DNA of 27,010 nt from Chiloscyllium plagiosum (Eukaryota). The notes under the pieces are model-generated. The model saw only the letters and a program-made list of their open reading frames with translations. It searched no databases and was not told the origin of the DNA. The stretch covers positions 8,878,066 through 8,905,075 of the forward strand of contig NC_057719.1 in assembly GCF_004010195.1 (NCBI RefSeq), read 5' to 3'. Below, in pieces: positions 21,365-27,010 of this stretch; position 1 is the stretch's first letter; every line of letters begins with the position of its first letter. Both the position numbers and the translations under genes were made by a program.

Positions 21365-21832
21365 TGGGTCTGGCAGTATTTGGGACCATTCTGAAGAAGA
21401 ATTCTATTGGATATGGAATGTTAACTCTGTTTCTCTACCTCGCGATGATGCCAAACCTGCTGAGGTGGGTGGTTTTTTTTAAGCGTTAGAATCCCTACAG
21501 TGTGGGAACAGGCCCTTCGACCCAACCGAACCCACACCAAACCTCCGAAGAGTAACCCACCCAGACCCATTTCCCTACTATCCTATATTTACCCCTGACT
21601 AATGAGCCTAATCCCTGAACACTATGGGCAATTTAGCATGGCCAATTCACCTGGTCTGCACGTCTTTGGATTGTGGGAGGAAACCCACGCAGACACGGGG
21701 AGAACATGCCAACTCCAAACAGACAGTCGCTCGAGGCTGGAATCGAACCTGGGTCCCTGGTGCTATGCCACTGAGCCACCGTGATGCACTTTTCATTCCA
21801 GATCTCCAGCATCTGTGGTATTTTGCTTTTTC
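21365..21832 (+). mobile_element. Penelope-type pLTR fragment interrupted by HE1
   Basis: TTCTGAAGAAG...TGTTAACTCTGTTTCTCT...GATGATGCCAAACCTGCTGAG, resuming at about 21790 with CAGATCTCCAGCATCTGTGG; short inverted piece GGTCTGGCAGTATTTG at 21367. Confidence 0.7.
21487..21788 (-). mobile_element. HE1 SINE
   Basis: TAGAATCCCTACAGTGTGG tail to CCACTGAGCCACCGTG head, with small internal deletions. Confidence 0.94.
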
Positions 21833-21950
21833 TTTCACTGCAATAAATGATCTGGTCATTGCCGCTTGTGTGATCGTGCTGTGCGCAAATCAGTTGTTGT
21901 GACTGCAGTGTGTAATTTAAACGGTCTGGGCAGATGATACAGTTTCAGAT

Positions 21951-22497
21951 GAAAACATAAATTGCTGGAAAAACTCAGCAGGTCTGCCAGCATCTGTGGG
22001 GAGAAGGCAGAGTCAACGCTTTGAGTCCAGTGTCTCTTCGTCAGAAATGAAAAGCAGTCCAGAACAGAAGAAAAGCTGAGAAAGTGATAGTGAAAGTGAA
22101 GAGAAAGAAAATGGGATAATTGTGCTGAATGCAATCCATATAACGTGATAATGAACCTTACAGTACTTGTGAATGGGCGATTGCGCTAAACGTAACTCAG
22201 GTTATAACATGACCAAGGGTGGGGTGGATAAAAACCTCACCTACACCTTTCATATCTCTCTCTCTCTGGGCTCCACCTTCACCTTTCTGCTCACATCTCC
22301 CTCCCTTTGCCCCCTCACCCCCACTGCAGCTTCAGAATAAATACCACGTTTCCTAGCTGCGAACAGTCCTGATGAAGAGTCACTGGACTCCAAATATCAA
22401 CTCTGCTTTCTCTTCATGGATGCTGCCAGATCTGCTGAGTTTCTCCAGCAATTTCTGTTTCTGTTTCAGGTCTCCAGCATTTGCAGTTCTTTGCTTT
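21951..22497. mobile_element. Penelope-type element with inverted pLTR pair, one decayed hammerhead per arm
   Basis: 21951-22047 is the reverse complement of about 22366-22465; cores CTGACGA (minus, 22038-22044) and CTGATGA (22369-22375) with stem GAGTC/GACTC. Confidence 0.85.
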
Positions 22498-22689
22498 ATG
22501 ATATAACTGCAAATCATCTTTTTTCCCTTTTACTTGACATCAAGTTGGAAGTTTCAGGTTTTTCAGACATTGGCAATGCCCCAAATGTGAAACTGAATTC
22601 ATTCCTTGATTGATTGATCGAGCTTTTAATATGCTGATGGTTTACATTCATCAGTGAATGATGGATATATCCTGACAAAAGGTGGTCTA

Positions 22690-23590
22690 TCAGCAGACAA
22701 ATACATCTACCAGACTATAAATGGGCAGGCCAGCGCACCTACCAACCTGTTAACAGGCAGACAGCATGTTCACCTGACCTTCAACAGGCAAACCAACACA
22801 TCTACTGTACCATCAACAGGTAGACCAATACGTTCACCAGACCATCAACAGGCAGATCAACACATCTTCCTGACTATCAACAGGTAGACTAACACATCTG
22901 TCTGACCATCAACAGGCAGACCAAAGTGTCCACCTGTCCATCAACAAGCAGACCAACATGTCCACCTGACCATCAACAGTTGGACCAACACGTCTGTCTG
23001 ACCATCAACAGGCATACCAACACATCTCCCTGACCGTCAACAGGCAGATCAACATGCCTGTCTGACCATCAACAGGCAGACCAACAAATCTACCTTACCA
23101 TCAACAGTTGGACCAACATGTCTGTCTAACCATCAACAGACAGACCAACATGTCCACCTGACCATCAACAGGCAGACCAACATGTCTATCTGACCACCAA
23201 CAGGTGGACCAACACGTCTGCCAGACCATCAACAGGCAGACCAATGTGTCCACCTGTCCATCAACAGGCAGGCCAACGTGTCCACCTGTCCATCAACAGG
23301 CAGGCCAACACATCTCCCTGACTATCAACTGGTGGACCAACATGTCCGCCTGTCCATCAGCCTGACCATCAACAGTTGGACCAACATGTCTCTCTGATCA
23401 GCAACAGGTAGACCAACATGTCCGCCTGTCCATCAGCCTGACCATCAACAGACAGACCAAGACATCTCCCTGACCAGCAACAGGTAGACCAATATGTCCA
23501 CCTGACCATCATCAGGCTGACCAACACATCTCCCTGACCATGAACAAGCAGATCAACATATCTCCCTGACCATCAACAGACAATCCAGCA
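22690..23590. repeat. 32-bp minisatellite, about 27-28 units
   Basis: ATCAAC recurs at 22876, 22908, 22940, 22972 and onward; consensus ACCATCAA-CAGGCAGAC-CAACAY-GTCYRCCTG. Confidence 0.97.
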
Positions 23591-23619
23591 CGTGTTGGTC
23601 AATGAATAGTCAGGCAAAC

Positions 23620-24005
23620 ATTAAACTGAATGGGTAGCAGGTATTAAATTGAAAGATTTATTGTCACATGCATTTAAGAAAAATAAAATAAATTGTAAGG
23701 GAGACAGGAAGGCACCAATTGACCAGGGAGTGAGAAAAATTGAATGAGATGGGATGGCTGAAATGTACATTGAGTGGGAGAGGCAGGGATGGTAGGGTTT
23801 AAATTAGTTAGGCAGTGGGACTGAAATTAGACAGGAAGTGCAACAGTGTGAATAGGTCAGACTGGGATAGGTGGTTAACGAGCAGAAATGTGGAGGTGGT
23901 AAACTGGATTGTGCATTGAGGATGGGGTAACAATGAATGGGGGTAAACTGAAGAGAGTGGGGGGGAGTAAATTGAACAGAATTGGGGAGGGAATAAATTG
24001 GATCT
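23620..24005. repeat. Degenerate purine-rich tandem repeat
   Basis: Recurring TAAAYTGAA followed by G-rich tracts at irregular spacing of about 20-30 bp. Confidence 0.55.
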
Positions 24006-24064
24006 AGAACATTCGCCTATTTATTTAATCCAAAGAGTAAATCATCTGCTCAGGCTGTAAGTTT

Positions 24065-24325
24065 ATCATGAGATAGACAGATGTTGAGATGGATAGTTAC
24101 AGCCATCGATAGATAAACAGTGAGGTTGACAGGCAGTGATCTAGTAAGACAGATAAATACTGGAGGAAACAGACAGATAGACGCTATGACAGATCGATAG
24201 CAGGACTGATTGATGTTAAGATAGACAGGCTGATACAGTGAGATAGACACATATTGTGGGATATTTAATGAGAGAGATTATAATGATTGAAATAGATAGA
24301 ATAAGCAAAGATAGAAAGATCTACA
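24065..24325. repeat. Degenerate GATA/GACA-type simple repeat
   Basis: Repeated GATAGACAG, GATAGATA and ACAGATAG motifs. Confidence 0.6.
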
Positions 24326-24574
24326 GGGAAGATTAAATTATGAGATTGTGTGTACATTCAGACCAATAAACAATCAGACATGGCGATCTAATAAAGTTCT
24401 ATGGATTCAATTTTACATTTCCAATTAGCTTCTACTTTCAACTTTGAATGGAATACCCCCTTTAGTTTTTTGCATTCCATATCAACATCAAGTGGTGCCA
24501 GTAAGAGTTAGATATTTGATCAAGCAATCCACTGCACTGTTCAACAATGTGACTTTAAAACAATCTCAGAGACG

Positions 24575-24598
24575 TCTCTCTCTCTCTCTCTCTCTCTC
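24575..24598. repeat. (TC)12 microsatellite
   Basis: Perfect dinucleotide run. Confidence 0.97.
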
Positions 24599-24862
24599 CC
24601 TTTCCACTTCAATGAAGCAATGCAAATATTTGTGCATCACCAAAGTCAACCTGCCCTGTGCCCCCTCTGAGTCTGACCGATAATCAGAGGCAATTTAGGA
24701 GCTGGGAACGCATGCCCACTGGAACCGTTTGCAAAGTAATTCCACGCTCAGTTTAACAAGGCACAGAGACATTTTCTCATATACGTTTTTGCTTCCTACC
24801 AATCCATCTTTCTCTCCTAAATCCTACTCAGATCATTTGCAACGTATCATTAGACTCTGCTG

Positions 24863-25136
24863 ACTAGGGAGCATATTTTAAAAGTGAGGAGGAAGATTTT
24901 AAAAATACATGAGGGGCAACGTTTTTTTAACACAGAGAGTGGTTAATGTGTGGAATGAACCTTCAGAGGAAGTGGTGGATGCGGGTAGAGTTACAATGTC
25001 TAAGTGGTACAATTACAACATTTAAAAGGATGAGGACATGAATAGGAAGGGTTCAGAGGGATTTGGGCCAATTGCTGGTTGGAATGAATGAGTTGGACAG
25101 AGGGTCTGTTTCTGTATCATACATCTCTGATACTCT
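24863..25136 (+). mobile_element. CR1/HER1 LINE 3' fragment
   Basis: GAGGGGCAACGTTTTT..ACACAGAGAGTGG..TGGAATGAAC; ends GGGTCTGTTTCTGTATCATACATCTCT. Confidence 0.9.
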
Positions 25137-25539
25137 CTTTCTATTTTCCGTGAGTGTGCCTGCACTGAGAGTGTTGGTTTATTTAATTCACCTATCTGGA
25201 AGTGAATCCCAACCTGTTTGTGTGCATACACCTAACATTCAACAGGGATTAATAGATAATGATGGAGAAAGCCAATCCTGTTAACTTTTCGTCCCATTTT
25301 ATCCATAGGCCCTCTTGTTAATTAGAGTGACTCCCACATAGCACACCAATGAGTGACAAATAACTTAGAAATTTAATGTTCTATACAGCTCACATTCTGG
25401 ACTTCCCCTTTAAATTACCAGGAGGAGATTTTGTTTGCTACTGCAGAATAATGTAATATAGAAGGAGACTATTTGGCCCATCAAATCATTCATTCTTTTC
25501 TCAGTGGTCCAATATAATATTTCACCTACAATTCTCCAC

Positions 25540-25596
25540 AAGGTAGATTATTGCCTGGGAGATTAATCATCGATTCCTGGAGAGTTGTCAATCTTG
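25540..25596 (-). mobile_element. Second copy of the short MITE-like repeat
   Basis: GAGATTAATCATCGATTCCTGGAGAG is the reverse match of 1272-1297. Confidence 0.45.
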
Positions 25597-25826
25597 CTCA
25601 TGGACACGCTGGTTTTGACCATTGTTGGTTCTTCTGAAACCTTTCTCTGAATCAGTTGGCACTTTCAGGAATTAATCCATTTAGTCCCATCGCCTAGTTG
25701 TTCTACATTCCTGTGATTTTTTTTTAGTTTTTTTTTTAAAACTCTCTTTCAAATCCTTTGACAGATTTACACGGATGTTACTGAGACAGGAGAGTGTGAG
25801 TTATAAACAGAAGCTGAAAAGGCTGG

Positions 25827-25928
25827 AACCAGAAGAGAAAATGCTGGACAATCTCAGCAGGTCTGGCAACACCTGTAAGGAGAGAAAAGAGCTGACGTTT
25901 CGAGTCTAACTGACCCTTGGTCAAAGCT
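25827..25928 (-). mobile_element. Single Penelope-type pLTR fragment with variant hammerhead
   Basis: Minus: AGCT-TTGACCA-A-GGGTC-AGTTA-GACTC-GAAACGTC-AGCT...GCCAGACCTGCTGAG; GCTGG duplicated at 25822-25826 and 25926-25930. Confidence 0.82.
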
Positions 25929-26264
25929 GGGGCTGTTTTCCCTCAAACATAAGAGGCTGAGGGGTGACCCTTACAAAAGTTTATAAAATCATGAAAAGCA
26001 CAGACAAGGTGAATGGCCAAGGTCTTTTCCCCAGCGTAGGGGAGTCCAAAACTAGAGGGCTTAGGTTTTAAGGGGAGAGGGGAAAGATTTCAAAGGGACC
26101 CTCACACAGAAGGTGGTGTGTGTATGGAACGAGCTGCCAGAGGAGGTGGTAAAGGCTGGTACAACATTTAAAAGACATTTGGATGGGTATATGAATAGGA
26201 AAGGCTTAGGGGGATATGGGCCAAACACAGGCAAATGGGACTAGATCCATTTAGGAAACTTGGT

Positions 26265-26609
26265 GAGAGACAGAAAAACCCGCAGATGTTGGAATCCAAG
26301 GTAGACAGGCAAAAGGCTGTAAGAAAACAGCAAGCCAGGCAGCATCAGGAGGTGAAGTCAATGTTTTAGGTGTAACCCTTCTTTAGGACTGGGGGTCGGT
26401 GTAAGGGGAGCTACAGATAAAGGGGTGGTAGGTGGGGGAGGGGCCACACCACTTCCACTCCCACTCCCACTCCCACTCCCACTCCCATCACCTTTAACTG
26501 CAGCTCCCCTTAAACCCACCCCCAGTCCTGAAGGAGGGGTCCACTCGAAATGTTGACTTCTCCACCCTCCTGATGCTGCCTGGCTTGCTGTGTTCTTCCA
26601 GCCTCCTGC
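26265..26609. mobile_element. Fold-back Penelope-type mini-element with 13-bp target-site duplication
   Basis: Inverted arms about 26307-26428 and 26485-26608; TAGGAAACTTGGT 26252-26264 / TAGGAAACCTGGT 26610-26622. Confidence 0.88.
26455..26487. repeat. (CCCACT)5 hexamer repeat
   Basis: Direct reading; lies in the loop of the fold-back element. Confidence 0.95.
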
Positions 26610-26736
26610 TAGGAAACCTGGTTGGCATGGACAAGTTGGACCAAAGGGTCTGTTTTCATGTTGTATGACTCTATGACTCTATGAATCTGTCTCTATCAGG
26701 CAGCACATTCCAAATCCCAACGACTTGCTGAACAAG

Positions 26737-27010
26737 TGTATTGAGTCGGAAGAGATAGAAGAGGTCTTGAATGAGTACTTTTCTTCAGTATTTACGAATG
26801 AGAGGGACCGTATTGTTGAAGAGGAGAGTATGAAACTGACTGATAAGCTAGAGGAGATACTTGTTAGGAAGGAAGATGTGTTGGACATTTTGAACAACTT
26901 GAGGATAGACAAGTCCCCCGGGCCTGACGGGATATATCCTAGGATTATGTGGGAAGCAAGAGAGGAAATTGCAGAACCGTTGGCAATGATCTTTTCGTCT
27001 TCACTGGCAA
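26737..27010 (+). mobile_element. CR1-type LINE ORF2 segment, open frame running off the window
   Basis: CIESEEIEEVLNEYFSSVFT...LRIDKSPGPDGIYPRIMWEAREEIAEPLAMIFSSSLA with no stop codon. Confidence 0.93.

Larger units (their letters stand above)
25763..26688 (+). mobile_element. CR1/HER1 LINE 3' fragment carrying two Penelope-type insertions
   Basis: Colinear with other CR1 3' ends once 25827-25925 and 26265-26609 are removed; (CTATGACT)n tail. Confidence 0.93.

Noticed and set aside
530..21902. Many 60-150 aa ORFs containing MVAQWLALLPHS, GDCLCGVCTFSPCL or EETHADTGR peptides
   Set aside because: They are recurrent translations of HE1 SINE copies, not genes.
22690..23590. CRISPR-like appearance (32-bp palindromic repeats)
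   Set aside because: Units are head-to-tail with no unique spacers, there are no cas genes, and the context is vertebrate.
24340..24860. Unique sequence as a possible enhancer or exon
   Set aside because: No convincing splice pair or frame, and conservation cannot be judged from one sequence.

Overview
Eukaryotic, repeat-dominated non-coding DNA with no intact gene. The repeat inventory (HE1 V-SINEs, HER1/CR1 LINEs, Deu-domain SINE pieces, Rex1/Babar LINE tails, Penelope-like elements) points to a cartilaginous fish, probably a shark; this is an inference from recognised repeat families. Almost all ORFs in the supplied track are by-products of these repeats. Most notable: (1) about a dozen decayed minimal hammerhead-ribozyme motifs in Penelope-like terminal repeats, many of them in short fold-back units that carry their own 13-21 bp flanking duplications and so appear to have inserted as mini-elements; (2) a four-level nested insertion (Gypsy > mini-Penelope > CR1 > HE1), with its two outer insertions resolved by exact target-site duplications; (3) a 32-bp minisatellite built from complementary 9-nt arms with matched variants; (4) two weak candidate host exons. 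All family assignments are by eye and from memory of consensus sequences; no database search was run.
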